Part shown: in pieces, positions 19,572-29,837 of the stretch
Layout of the letters: every line of letters starts with the position of its first letter
How positions within the stretch are numbered: position 1 is the first letter of the stretch
Source: Paramoeba atlantica
Taxonomy: Eukaryota > Protista > Discosea
Assembly: GCA_977017575.1 (NCBI GenBank)
Contig: CDRNVI010000071.1
Coordinates: forward strand, 186,001-250,000
Length of the DNA: 64,000 nucleotides
Reading direction: 5' to 3'
Program-made: the position numbers and the translations under genes
Notes under the pieces: generated by a model
The model's input: only the letters and a program-made list of their open reading frames with translations
What the model was told of the DNA's origin: nothing
Databases searched by the model: none

Positions 19572-20260
19572 TGAGGGGATGCGGGTGAAACCTCGCGAAA
19601 CCTCGGTGAAACCTCGCGAAACCTCGGTGAAACCTCGCGAAACTCAGCTAAAATCCCTCAAAGCCATGCCCAAGTGTTTGTCGTCCAACAACTCGGCAAA
19701 TAAAATAAAATAGAAATACAGAAATGAGCTTTCAAATCTTCAAAACGTCTTTCAAAAATCGGTTCAACAACGCCACAACCACGACTACACAGGCATTCGT
19801 TCTCTTCATTGAAATTTTTAAGAGATCTATTAATGTATGTGGCATACTCATACTGAGGATTCACACACAATGATCCATACATGAGAACCAATACAATCTG
19901 CACCGCATCTTTTATTTTTCAAAAGGGTCAGAAGACGTGAAAAAGGAGTTCTTTGTCTTACAATTGATTTACTCTATACTATTTAACTTTAATTATTAAA
20001 ATTACTATTTTTAAAATGTGACAGATAACTAGGGGTGGTGGTGGACGAAAAACAATCGAAGTGCAAAAAGTGACTGATAACTAGGGGGAGGGGTGACTGA
20101 TAACTAGGGGGGTACAGTATGTGTGTACATAAATCAAAAGAACACTTCGCTAAAATAAGGCATAGATAATCAATATTTTCTGGTGATCACCCATACAAAA
20201 TTATTGTGCATGCGAAACCTCGGTGAAACCTCGTGAAACCTCGCGACCCGCAGCCCCTCA
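19572..20260. mobile_element. TIR element with subterminal 11-12-bp tandem repeats
   Basis: Ends tgagggga/ctgcgggt ... acccgcagcccctca, with gaaacctcgc/gaaacctcggt tandem repeats inside both ends. Confidence 0.55.
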
Positions 20261-20263
20261 AAT

Positions 20264-20337
20264 GTCGATGTCGGGAATCGAACCGCGGACGTCCAGCGTC
20301 AAAATGGAACCCCTTTACCAACTGGACTACAGTGAAA
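20264..20337 (-). pseudogene. tRNA-like relic with A and B boxes
   Basis: tgtagtccagttggt (A box) and ggttcgattcc (B box) at tRNA-like spacing, but the acceptor, anticodon and T stems do not pair properly. Confidence 0.45.
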
Positions 20338-20541
20338 GTCACAATTCTGAGAATGGTCAGTTGCACATTGCCGCGTAAAAAAGCACTGTTTTGCAAATTT
20401 TCGTCACAATTCTCAGAATTGACCTGTTGCACGTTCGCAGCAATTTTTTAGTAGAAATTGAATGGATTCTCATTTTTTCTGATTTTCTTTTTTCGAAAAA
20501 AATGGTAGCCATAAAAAGGGGAGGTAAATGGAAAAATATAC

Positions 20542-20723
20542 ACCCAGGGTAAAGTGGACGAGGGAGATACCAATAGTGTAGTTGCGGCAGTTTCCCACAG
20601 GAGAAACGGCATCTCCACCTTTTTAGGCGCCTGTCTTCATGCCATAAGGGAGATACCGTTTTTCCTGTGGGAAACTGCCGCATCTACACTATTGGTATCT
20701 CCTTCGTCCACTTTACCCTGGGT
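20542..20723. repeat. ~180-bp palindromic element (GAGGGAGATAC family)
   Basis: acccagggtaaagtggacgagggagatacc... / ...ggtatctccttcgtccactttaccctgggt, followed by tacatag. Confidence 0.85.
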
Positions 20724-20929
20724 TACATAGTAAAACCATGTTCCTTAGGACTCCTTACAGCTTCCCACGCGAGGAAGTCGTCGTCGCCGCGGCAAAAAGA
20801 CAGAAGACTCCGACTTCTGCTTTTTGCCCTGCGCCTCCTCCTTCCTATCCCGCACTTCCAGTTGAAGTTGAGTTGCGTTTTTAGATGTATTTTGATACAT
20901 TTTAGCATTTAGCACTACGCGAAGTACAT

Positions 20930-21445
20930 CATTCGAAGCCCCCCTTTACCCAAGAACTTTACCCAAGGGGCAGGAGGCGAATCTGTCGAAACAAACCTCG
21001 TAGAATGGTAACTGAGGTCCAAAACTCTTAAAATACGTTTTAGGAGTCGATTTTGGAAAAATAATATTTTTGCTTTTTTTGGGGCCCAAATTTTTTTTTT
21101 TTTGGTCACCCCAAAAATTTCGGAAATTTTGATCTTGTCGGACCCCTCCTGCGCGTACCAGGGGGGGTACCCCCAGGGGGGGGTGGAAAATTTTCGCCGC
21201 GGCCTACTCTACCACTTCCCTGCGCTCGATTTTCAAAATTCGAAAAAAATTTCCTGACGTATGCCCCCCCCCACATGGACCCCCCATTTTTTTCAATTTT
21301 TTTTTTCATTTTTGGACCACCGGAGCCCCCTTTTATATTTTTTTCTTCTATTATATTACTGTGTTTCTCTTTATATTTTCACTGTTTTTGGTCACTTTTT
21401 TTTGCAATAATCGAGGGTAGAGCGGTAGTTATACAACCACCGCAA
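20930..21445 (-). mobile_element. R1 family copy (subtype I)
   Basis: Reverse complement of the 150-420 and 40918-41400 blocks; ends ...caaccaccgcaat. Confidence 0.7.
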
Positions 21446-21459
21446 TAAAGTTCCGTACT

Positions 21460-21702
21460 GTGCAAGTTTCAAAAAGAACTGTACAGAGAGACTTATCATC
21501 CCTGGATTACAGTTACGCCGCTGGGCCGTTATGCCAAGGGCTTACCGAACGACAAAAAGTAAGAGTTCAGTTTGCGTTGAATTACAATATGGATACTCCC
21601 CGTGTTATCTTTACGAACGAAAAAATATTTGATACGAATGATAGCAGAAGAAAAATATGGGTAAGGCGTGGTCAAAAAGCAGCCCCGCGTCAAAAAGTTT
21701 AG
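21460..21702 (+). pseudogene. Tc1 transposase fragment related to 1871-2869
   Basis: VSKRTVQRDL...LTERQK...VIFTNEKIFDTNDSRRKIWV aligns with VTKRTVQRDL...LTERQK...IVFSDEKIFDTNDMRKKMWV. Confidence 0.8.
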
Positions 21703-21837
21703 TCTGTTTTGGGCTTGTGTGTGCGTGGGGCTGGCTACACCTCCGCTAATTAATTTCTATAAATATATTTTTTTTTTTAAATTATTAAATTTTAAATTAT
21801 AAAACTTTTGCATCCATATTTATAAAAATTATACTTA

Positions 21838-22152
21838 CTGTGACCCCCCCTTTATACTTCGCTGGTCAGACCCCTCCACTTTATACTTCGTTTTTTGTGT
21901 CCCCCCCCCGAAGAGGGCACGATATTTTTTTATAATTTTCGTAATTTTTCAAAACATTTTAGAAAAAAACAAGAACGTTCTAATTCTTCTCTTCTAGAAA
22001 TGGAAGATGATATAAAAGGAAAGACAGGAAAACTGGATGAGCCGCGCCGCGAAGCGGCGGGGCTTTTTTTTACAGCGGGGAAAAAATTCAGACCCCCCCT
22101 TTATACTTCGTTACTGCTCAAAATGGGCGAAGTATAAAGGGGAGGGTCACAG
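21838..22152. mobile_element. TA-flanked MITE
   Basis: TIR ctgtgaccccc..ttatacttcgc / gcgaagtataaagg..ggtcacag with TA both sides. A partial reverse copy lies at ~46081-46341. Confidence 0.75.
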
Positions 22153-22159
22153 TATTTAT

Positions 22160-23090
22160 AATTGCGGTGGTTGTAAAACTACCGCTCTACACTCGATTAT
22201 TGAAAAAAAAGTGAACAAAAACAGTGAAAATATAAAGGGGAACACAGTAATATAATAGAAGAAAAAAATATAAAAGGAGGCTCCGGTGGACCAAAACTGA
22301 AAAAAAAATTCGAAAAAAATGGGGGGTCCATGGGGGAGGTCCAGGGGGGAGGTCCAGGGGGGAGGTCCAGGGGGGGGGTCATGGTCGAGCATATTTTTTC
22401 GAAAAAATTAGTTTTCGAGAAAAAACCGCAGAAAGGGTAGCCGGGGTCTTGGCGCGTATTTTCCACCCCCCTACCCGGGGGTGACCCCCCCGCGTATCCG
22501 CAGGACGGGTCCGCCAAGTTCGGATTTTTTCGGAAAACACAATTTGAAAAAAAATTCAACTTGGCGAAAAAAATGGCAAAAAAAATGTTTTTCCAAAATC
22601 GTTTCTCCTATTGTATTTTGATAGTTTGGGACCTATACTAGCTTTCTCCGCAGTTGTTTTCGCAAGGTATCCCTTCTTCAAACCGTGGTGCGCCCCTCAA
22701 AATGACCCATTTTTGAGTAAAAAAGGTGAAAAAGTATTTTTCGGACCTAAAGGGGCATTTTTGTGTCGAAAGAATGGTATGGTTGGAGTCGTCTTCTCTA
22801 CCCAATACGTTTGGTAGGCTTCCATTCATGCCTACGAGTGATTTCCCACGCGCAAATGTCGGATTTAGTGCTCTGAGAGCAAAATTACGCGAAAATTACC
22901 CCATTTTTACCCGAAATTCGGCTATTTTTGGCTACAATCTTTCCGTTTTCCAGGTTGAATTTTCTTTTTTAGGCTCTTCGTTAAACGCGGCGGTAGTTTT
23001 CAACGCGAAGCGCGCAGCATGAGTGACTTCTAAGTTGAAAACAACCACCGCGTTTAACGAAGAGACTAAAAAAGAAAATTTAACCTGGAA
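22160..23090 (+). mobile_element. R1 family copy (subtype II), apparently complete
   Basis: Starts attgcggtggttgtaaaactaccgc and ends in the ~120-bp hairpin at ~22965-23080. Highly similar to 59305-60190. Confidence 0.8.
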
Positions 23091-23501
23091 AACGGAAAGT
23101 TTATACAAATTATTTTGCGAGGGTACCGGTTAACGTCACCACTGTCACGCACTTTTCCCGACCATGGTGAAAGCATCACCATTGCCAATACTAAGTATTG
23201 GCGAAAGTATTACTTTCGGAATGCCGCTTTCGACCACTTTGATGAAAAACGGCATACAAGTTTGAACAAAAATTTTATAAAATATACAGCGAAGCATGCT
23301 TCTTATAAATTAAGAAAAGTGTAAAAGTCGAAAAATCACCCGTTTATAGAAATATATTAGCGGGGGTGCATCTAATCTTATTTGCATAGTGGTAGTTAAT
23401 ACCATCCACTACTGTTCACCCCCTACCTGTCACCTTTTCCCGAAAAGTGGTGACAGATATCTAAGAGGGGTACAGTATGAATAATTCTGCTGTATGTATG
23501 C

Positions 23502-24326
23502 TTATTTGTAACAATATTTTCCTTTAGTATTACGTGGATCCAACGCCACGTCGGGTTCATATTTCTCAGCAAAAGTGATCTGGTTTCCTTCTATTGCCAG
23601 AACCATAAGCGAGGAAGGAAGTTGCCGCAGATCGACCTCTCCAGTAAACTTACAATCCTGCAGCCATAAATTCGCTAAGCTTTCGGGAAGTTGGGTTAGA
23701 TCAGGCGTGCCGCAGAAGTCATTATCCCCCAGTCTTAAAATGTGAAGTGTAGAAGGAAGTGCGAGGAGGTTAATCTCACCTGTGAACTGATTTCGATTCA
23801 AATGCAATTCTTGCAGGGATGAGGGAAGGCATGTCAAATCAAGTTCGCCTGAAAATGCATTTCCGTCTGCGAAAAACATTCGCAATTCAGGAGGGGCGTG
23901 AGTAAACTGTAGTTTGCCGGAAAAAGAGTGACATTCGATGTGTAGAATCCGCAGGCCACGCGGAAGTTCGCTCAGCACCAAAGTTCCGCGAAGGCGATCC
24001 AACGCCATGATGTCATTCTCAAGGTATACGCGTTGTACGGTAGCTGGAAGAAATGACCAGGAGACATTTCCACGTAATCCCATGTTTTCCCATAACACTT
24101 CGCGGATCTCCGGATCCTTGCCTTCACAAGACACCCCTTCCCATTCACACACAGAGATGGAAGGCTTCCACGAACGATGACGATTTTTAATTCTTTGAGC
24201 GAAGGCCTGGAATTGTAGCTCGGGGGACATAACGGAGGTGTTTACCTTGCTTCCGAGTCGGCGGCGTTTTCGAGGCTGTTGCAGTTCATCTGCACGTAGT
24301 AAGCAGAATGTCGTCGTCCGAAGCAT
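23502..24326 (-). CDS. Short LRR protein
   Basis: SWKPSISVCEWEGVSC cap; repeats LHLNRNQFTGEINLLALP. Confidence 0.88.
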   Translation of the reverse strand: MLRTTTFCLLRADELQQPRKRRRLGSKVNTSVMSPELQFQAFAQRIKNRHRSWKPSISVCEWEGVSCEGKDPEIREVLWENMGLRGNVSWSFLPATVQRVYLENDIMALDRLRGTLVLSELPRGLRILHIECHSFSGKLQFTHAPPELRMFFADGNAFSGELDLTCLPSSLQELHLNRNQFTGEINLLALPSTLHILRLGDNDFCGTPDLTQLPESLANLWLQDCKFTGEVDLRQLPSSLMVLAIEGNQITFAEKYEPDVALDPRNTKGKYCYK

Positions 24327-24682
24327 GTGTCAATAAGTGTTTACCCGATGAAAGTAAAAGACTGACCTCAAACGCAGGTCTTTTTATCTAATGAGCGAAA
24401 AGTAATTTGTACCGAGCTATGGTCAAAACTCTATATTGAAAAACCTTTTAAAAGACTTTTAAAATGCCGTGTTTCTGGTCAAGATGCTGTCCTGCTAAGT
24501 AATGCCTTACGAACCCAAAAAGAAAGGGATTACCTCATAATTGACCTAGATGTACATTTTCCCACCCTTCTTGAAAATATGACTTGTTGACTGAGTTATA
24601 CCTCACTCTTCCCCATGAAAGAAAAGGACCTCCTGTCACCGCAACACAAAACCGAGAACATTACAGCCACTCGGGGGTTGCC

Positions 24683-25918
24683 TCACGCCACCACACAACT
24701 TGACTCGTGGAGTTGTATGTGGACCGCGTGTCGTGGGGTCCCACGCATCTCTACAATCCCGGAGTGTAGCAAATTCACCACCTCCAACCCCTGGGGTAGG
24801 TGTCCCACCTCCACAGTCCCACACAGCCCATTGTGGGACACGTCCAGGGTGTGGAGACTCGGGGGTAGGGACCCGAGGTCTGGGGTCCCGGTGAACCGGT
24901 TATGGCTCACATCCAAGTTCTCCAGTCCCTGGGGCAACGACGTGAGGTCGAGCTCCCCGACAAAGAAGTTGTGGGAGAGGTCACAGTGGACCAGGGCGGG
25001 GGGGAGGGCCCCGAGGTCCACCTCCCCCTCCAGGCGGTTCCATGAGACCGTGAGGCTTTGCAGGGCTCGGGGGAGCGCAGGGGTGGGGAGGGGGCCGGTG
25101 AGGGCGTTGCAGTAGCCCGGCCCGTCCAACGACCCGACATCTCGGGGAGCGGGGGCCCGGGAGGAGGTGCTGGGGTGGCGACGGAGGAGGGGACCGAGGT
25201 CAAGGAGGACCACCGTGGGGGGGAGGTGGGACCAGGAGAGGGGACCGGAGAGTTCAAGACCGGCCCAGCGCAGGTCACGGGGGGAGCCGTCGGGGTGGGT
25301 GCTGACGCCGTAGAGGTCACTGACCTTGGTGGGGTGTTGCCACGAGGTGTGGGGGTTGTCGAGGGTGTGGACAAAGTCACGGAGTGCGTCACAAGGGGTG
25401 GGGTCGGGGGAATGGGGGAGTGGTGTTGCAGGGGAGGGAAGACGCTCGGGGATACCACTCCGGGGGGCGGAGTGTGGGATCTCGGGTGAGGGGGTAAGCC
25501 TCGCCTGAGGGAGATGGGCGGGAAGGTACTCCGGGTAGATTTCCGTTTGCTCCTCTTCTTCCCCCTCCTCCTGCTTCTCTTCTGGGGTCCACCCCTGTTG
25601 TGTTGAGGGACCCGATGGGGCACTATCCTGTCGTGCGGGGCTTAGGAGGCCGCGCAGGAAGCCAAAAGTGGCATACGGGAAAGACGTTGCGGTGGGGTCC
25701 TCGTCGTAGGTAGTGAAGTCAGGACCTCCGACGGGGCGATCTACCAAGGGGTCCTCATCCGGGTCCATGACTTCCTCGACTGTGTTCGCTCGTCGGCAGA
25801 AGTAGTCCATCGTATGGACGTTGGGAAGGATGAGAAGCCTGTCGTGACCCCATGTATGGCTTCCGGGAAGCACACAGTGCAAAACAGAGCACCAAACGAT
25901 GAACAGGTACGGAAACAT
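24683..25918 (-). CDS. LRR protein with signal-like N-terminus and Pro-rich linker
   Basis: Hydrophobic start MFPYLFIVWCSVLHCVLP, Pro/Glu-rich linker, repeats LDVSHNRFTGTPDLGSLP. The coding region is very GC-rich. Confidence 0.8.
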   Translation of the reverse strand: MFPYLFIVWCSVLHCVLPGSHTWGHDRLLILPNVHTMDYFCRRANTVEEVMDPDEDPLVDRPVGGPDFTTYDEDPTATSFPYATFGFLRGLLSPARQDSAPSGPSTQQGWTPEEKQEEGEEEEQTEIYPEYLPAHLPQARLTPSPEIPHSAPRSGIPERLPSPATPLPHSPDPTPCDALRDFVHTLDNPHTSWQHPTKVSDLYGVSTHPDGSPRDLRWAGLELSGPLSWSHLPPTVVLLDLGPLLRRHPSTSSRAPAPRDVGSLDGPGYCNALTGPLPTPALPRALQSLTVSWNRLEGEVDLGALPPALVHCDLSHNFFVGELDLTSLPQGLENLDVSHNRFTGTPDLGSLPPSLHTLDVSHNGLCGTVEVGHLPQGLEVVNLLHSGIVEMRGTPRHAVHIQLHESSCVVA

Positions 25919-26057
25919 CGCACGATAGCAAAATTAAGATAAAAAAGAAACGTTAAGTTAGCATGGTATCTGTCATCCTAATTTCTTTCCTAAAAAAGAA
26001 ACGATTAAGTAGCATGGTATCTGTCATCCTCATTCTTGACTCAGTCGACTGCCAATA

Positions 26058-26201
26058 TGCAGGGGGGTGCACGAAAACGTAGGGGGGTCTAAATTTTATA
26101 AAACTTTGCAAATTTTGGAAAGTATACCGCATTCGAGAGCTCTCACAGAGTTACTTGTCATGTGATAATGCGTTGTCCCATATTTTCGTGCACCCCCTGC
26201 A
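26058..26201. mobile_element. MITE related to the TIRs of the Tc1 at 35485-37044
   Basis: TIR tgcaggggggtgcacgaaaa / ttttcgtgcaccccctgca. The interior shares ggggggtctaaa..., attttggaaagt and cattcgagagctctcacagagtt. Confidence 0.7.
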
Positions 26202-26492
26202 TGCCCCAATAGCGAAATAGTCGAGGTTTCTCCGCGAAAAGAGCCGAATATTTACTTTTAAAAATTTTGTCAGTTCCAGGAAATCTTTACCCTTGGAAAA
26301 TGGCCTACCAATTTTACAGAAATTTAACAAGAGTTTTCCAAAAATCTGAGTCTTAATCTGAGTTTGTTGTTTAAATCTGAGCCAAATCTTTCGAGTCGTT
26401 TAAGAAATCCCAATTCCGACCTGTTATGTGATTTAGCACTGCAAGAAAAAAAATTAGAATGCCTAATAAAAACAATACGGATATCTTTGAAT

Positions 26493-27137
26493 TCACATGA
26501 CAGAGCATTTAGCATCTGTTATTTTAGTCTGTGATATATCATAAGCAACAAGCTGAGCAGAAAGCTGGCTTTTATCAAATACTCCTTTTAAGTATTGATT
26601 ACCATTTAGATGGAGTCGTGTCACATGAGGAGGTATATCCTCAAAGAAAACACGTCCCCGAAACTTGTTCTTATCTAAGTATAACATTCGCAACGTGAGG
26701 GGAAGATCTCGAAAAACAAGTTTGCCGGACAACGAGTTAGAAGTGAGAGACAAAATTTCTAAGTCACGCGGAAGGTTATCCAAAGGAAGAGAGCCGTGCA
26801 ATCCATTGTTGCTTACCATTAAAACAGTCAGTGTGCGAGGTAGCTTCTGCCACCTCGGCTCCCCCTCGAGTATTCGGTGATTCCAGTTTATCTCGAGGAC
26901 GTGACCATGCTCCGAGCAGGTGACCCCATCCCACTCACATGCAGGAGTCTCAATGGTCCATGTTGGATCACAATTCCTGACCACCGAAATAAACTTTTCT
27001 AACTCAATTTCTTGCGGATTCGAAACGGTGTTTACTTTCCCCAGGCGAGATGGACTCATGATGTCCGCACTTTTCCATGCAGAAAGCGACCCGTAAAGTT
27101 TCCACCGTAAGAACATAAACAATACTTGGGTATGCAA
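26493..27137 (-). CDS. Short LRR protein
   Basis: TWTIETPACEWDGVTC cap; repeats LSLTSNSLSGKLVFRDLP. Confidence 0.87.
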   Translation of the reverse strand: MHTQVLFMFLRWKLYGSLSAWKSADIMSPSRLGKVNTVSNPQEIELEKFISVVRNCDPTWTIETPACEWDGVTCSEHGHVLEINWNHRILEGEPRWQKLPRTLTVLMVSNNGLHGSLPLDNLPRDLEILSLTSNSLSGKLVFRDLPLTLRMLYLDKNKFRGRVFFEDIPPHVTRLHLNGNQYLKGVFDKSQLSAQLVAYDISQTKITDAKCSVM

Positions 27138-27169
27138 TCTACTTAGCTACATGTACATGTATATTACTA

Positions 27170-27590
27170 GATATCTGTCACACGTCACCCCCCTAGTTAT
27201 CTGTCGCTTTTTGGCACTTCGATTTTTTTTCGTCGACTACCCCCCCTAGTTATCTGTCACCTTTTAAAAATAGATAAAATACTTTTTTCCAAAAAAATCA
27301 TAAAATGAAACTTACATTTTTTCTTTTTGTGTTTCAAGGGAATGATCGTGCGTGGTGCTATAAACCGTTTCTGTATAAACCGTGCTATAACTATTCTGTA
27401 TAAACCTGTGCTATAAACCGTTTCTTTATAAACCGTTTCTGTAATTCCATGTTCTGTTTTTTTGTGACAGACCCCCTCCCTAGTTATCTGTCGCACACTG
27501 ATCCGCCTAGTTATCTGTCACACCCCTACCCCCCCTAGTTATCTGTCACCTTTTCGCGAAAAGTAGTGACAGATAAGTAGGGGGTACAGC
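27170..27590. mobile_element. Non-autonomous element with ttatctgtca subterminal repeats and 13-bp internal tandem repeats
   Basis: Repeated ccccctagttatctgtc(a/g), right end gacagataagtaggggggtacag, tataaaccgt repeats at ~27358-27440. Related ends at ~20020-20120 and 23410-23478. Confidence 0.55.
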
Positions 27591-27788
27591 AATAGACCTC
27601 GAACGTACAAAATTTCCGATTAAATGCAACTTTCATTCAATTTGAAAATAACATTGTCGAGTATCGTAATACCATGACTAGTACAAACCTGGTCTATTAA
27701 AATTTATATACAATGGCATCAATAAAAAACATGAAGCATCGATTGGTGTACACGAGTTCTAACAGAAAAAAAGATGTACGTGATTACA

Positions 27789-29837
27789 CTAGCTGTCATT
27801 CGCCGCACCTGATGACTTGACACGACTTGGTGAATAAGTCGGATTGAGCACTTTGGTTGCGCGATCCGACATGTTCTTTCGACCCTTTTTCTTTGTTCCC
27901 TCCGTGGGATTGGATGACTCACTTCCGCTGCCGCTTTCCACGGTGCCAACACCTTCAGATATTCCTCTCTCGGCCCGTTTTTTGAAAGAATTCCCCCGAG
28001 GAGGGGACAACACATCGTGACTTACGTCGGCGGACCCTTTTACGGGTGTAGCGGAGGGCGTGGAGTTACTTGGCGTGTCTTTCGTGGGGGTCGTGGTCGA
28101 GTGCTGTTGCGGCATTGTATCAGAAGATGGGGCCGCACGTTTCGGGCTAACAAGTTCAGGTGAAAGATTACCCTCCTTTGCGACCTCCCGCTTCTGTTGC
28201 TCTGCCTCTCCAGCAGGTGTGGATTCCGGTGCCAGATTAGCCGTCGGAGGAGTGATAGTTGCGGTGGAGGGCCCCGTTGGGGTAGTCGTGGGAGTATTAG
28301 TTGCGGGCGTCGTAGGGTTGCTGCCGGAGACGTTTGCTGTGCTCTGCCGCGTCCTAGTCGGACGCAGGGGCCCGTTCACATACGCCTCCTGCATAAGTGA
28401 GGCTATATCAGGTCGATTAGTGGGATTCGGGTCCAGACACTTTCGGATAAACTCCTTTGCATCGGCACTCACCACTGGGCGCACGGGAAAATCCACCTCC
28501 CGAGCTTTACTCATGACTCCACCCGTCCATATTTGTTTCTGGGACATTCCCTCACCAAATGGGCGTTTCCCGAACAACATTTGATAGAATACCACGCCCA
28601 GGGCCCAGACATCCACCTTGGTGGAAATCCGGGGAAGCGACGTGGTGTTGAAGCACTCCGGTGGGAGATACCAATAAGTCCCTGTACCCTGGGAGGTGAG
28701 ATCTATTTCATCTCGCCCACTTTCCTCACCTATAATTTTACATAATCCAAAGTCAGTGATTTTAATATCCAAACAGTTCGGGAGATCCGTCGCGAACAGG
28801 ATGTTCGCAGGTTTTAGGTCATAGTGGATAATACGCTCTTTGTGATCCGCCAAGTAGCGCAACCCGTGGAGGAGTTGAATCAAAATGTATTTGGCATCCA
28901 CCTCCCGGAGGTTACCCCACTTCTTAAGATGTGTGTCAAGGTCGGGACCGGAGCTGTACTCCATGGCACTGATAAACGCATTGTCGTCAAGGACCTCCAC
29001 GTCGTGAAGCTGTATCACTCGAGGGTGCTCGAGCTGCATGTGCACCTCACACTCGCGCTTGGCGTGACGGATGTAATTCCGACGACGGTCTTCGGACCAA
29101 TCTGTACTCACTTGGTGAAACTTCACTGCCACTGGGCTGCACCTTACAATGTCGTACGCCTTCCACACCTCACTGAACCCTCCGCGGCCCAGAAGAGACA
29201 TCATCACATAGCGATCTAACAAAACTTCTAGGGTGGCGTACTTGCTGCGGTCCTCGTCATAAATCCTGCGCATCTCCTTGAGCAGCACCAGCTTGTCGCG
29301 CTCCAGCTCCTCCAGCTTGTCCTTTAGCACGACGTCCTCCCTCCGAGAGGCACTACCACTCTCCCCTCGGTACTGCTTGAACAGGCGATTTTGAGCCACT
29401 GCATCCTTGTATCGCTGTCCCCAGACCCAGGTTTCGCCGCTCTCGTTTGATACTGTGGGTTGCAATATCATATACCCCACGGAGTACTGCGCATCGCACA
29501 GCTTCCTTCGAGCCAAGCTGCGCTCATGGCGAGCTGCTGTGACCATCGTGTCCCGGATTCGAGCCCGGCACTCGCTGGCGTGTTCCTCAGAGGCCTCATA
29601 CATGGAACGGAGCTGAGAGAGGGCCGAGGTGGCCTCCTGGAGCTGTTGTTGTAGTCGCGCGGCTTGGTCTGTGCGAGAAGCTAACTCCTTTCGTAGAACA
29701 TCGTCGGAAGTAGAGAAGGATAATACACTCTGTTTCAGCTTCTTCAAAGGCTTGCTTTCGTTGCTCCCCTCATCCAGTGAAGAAATGCCGGCGATGGGCG
29801 GTGGGGGAAGATAGGTGGCATTACTGTCATCTTCCAT
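27789..29837 (-). CDS. TLK: Tousled-like serine/threonine kinase
   Basis: Coiled-coil region then RYVMMSLLGRGGFSEVWKAYD, HAKRECEVH, IIHYDLKPANILF, KITDFGL, LTSQGTGTYWYLPPECF, ISTKVDVW. Confidence 0.92.
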   Translation of the reverse strand: MEDDSNATYLPPPPIAGISSLDEGSNESKPLKKLKQSVLSFSTSDDVLRKELASRTDQAARLQQQLQEATSALSQLRSMYEASEEHASECRARIRDTMVTAARHERSLARRKLCDAQYSVGYMILQPTVSNESGETWVWGQRYKDAVAQNRLFKQYRGESGSASRREDVVLKDKLEELERDKLVLLKEMRRIYDEDRSKYATLEVLLDRYVMMSLLGRGGFSEVWKAYDIVRCSPVAVKFHQVSTDWSEDRRRNYIRHAKRECEVHMQLEHPRVIQLHDVEVLDDNAFISAMEYSSGPDLDTHLKKWGNLREVDAKYILIQLLHGLRYLADHKERIIHYDLKPANILFATDLPNCLDIKITDFGLCKIIGEESGRDEIDLTSQGTGTYWYLPPECFNTTSLPRISTKVDVWALGVVFYQMLFGKRPFGEGMSQKQIWTGGVMSKAREVDFPVRPVVSADAKEFIRKCLDPNPTNRPDIASLMQEAYVNGPLRPTRTRQSTANVSGSNPTTPATNTPTTTPTGPSTATITPPTANLAPESTPAGEAEQQKREVAKEGNLSPELVSPKRAAPSSDTMPQQHSTTTPTKDTPSNSTPSATPVKGSADVSHDVLSPPRGNSFKKRAERGISEGVGTVESGSGSESSNPTEGTKKKGRKNMSDRATKVLNPTYSPSRVKSSGAANDS

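Noticed and set aside
20264-20337. Functional tRNA-Gln(TTG)
   Set aside because: The acceptor, anticodon and T stems do not base-pair; kept only as a relic.
20555-20575. GAGGGAGATACC resembles U1 snRNA GGGGAGATACC
   Set aside because: No 5' ACTTACCT or Sm site in context; the motif is part of a long DNA palindrome.
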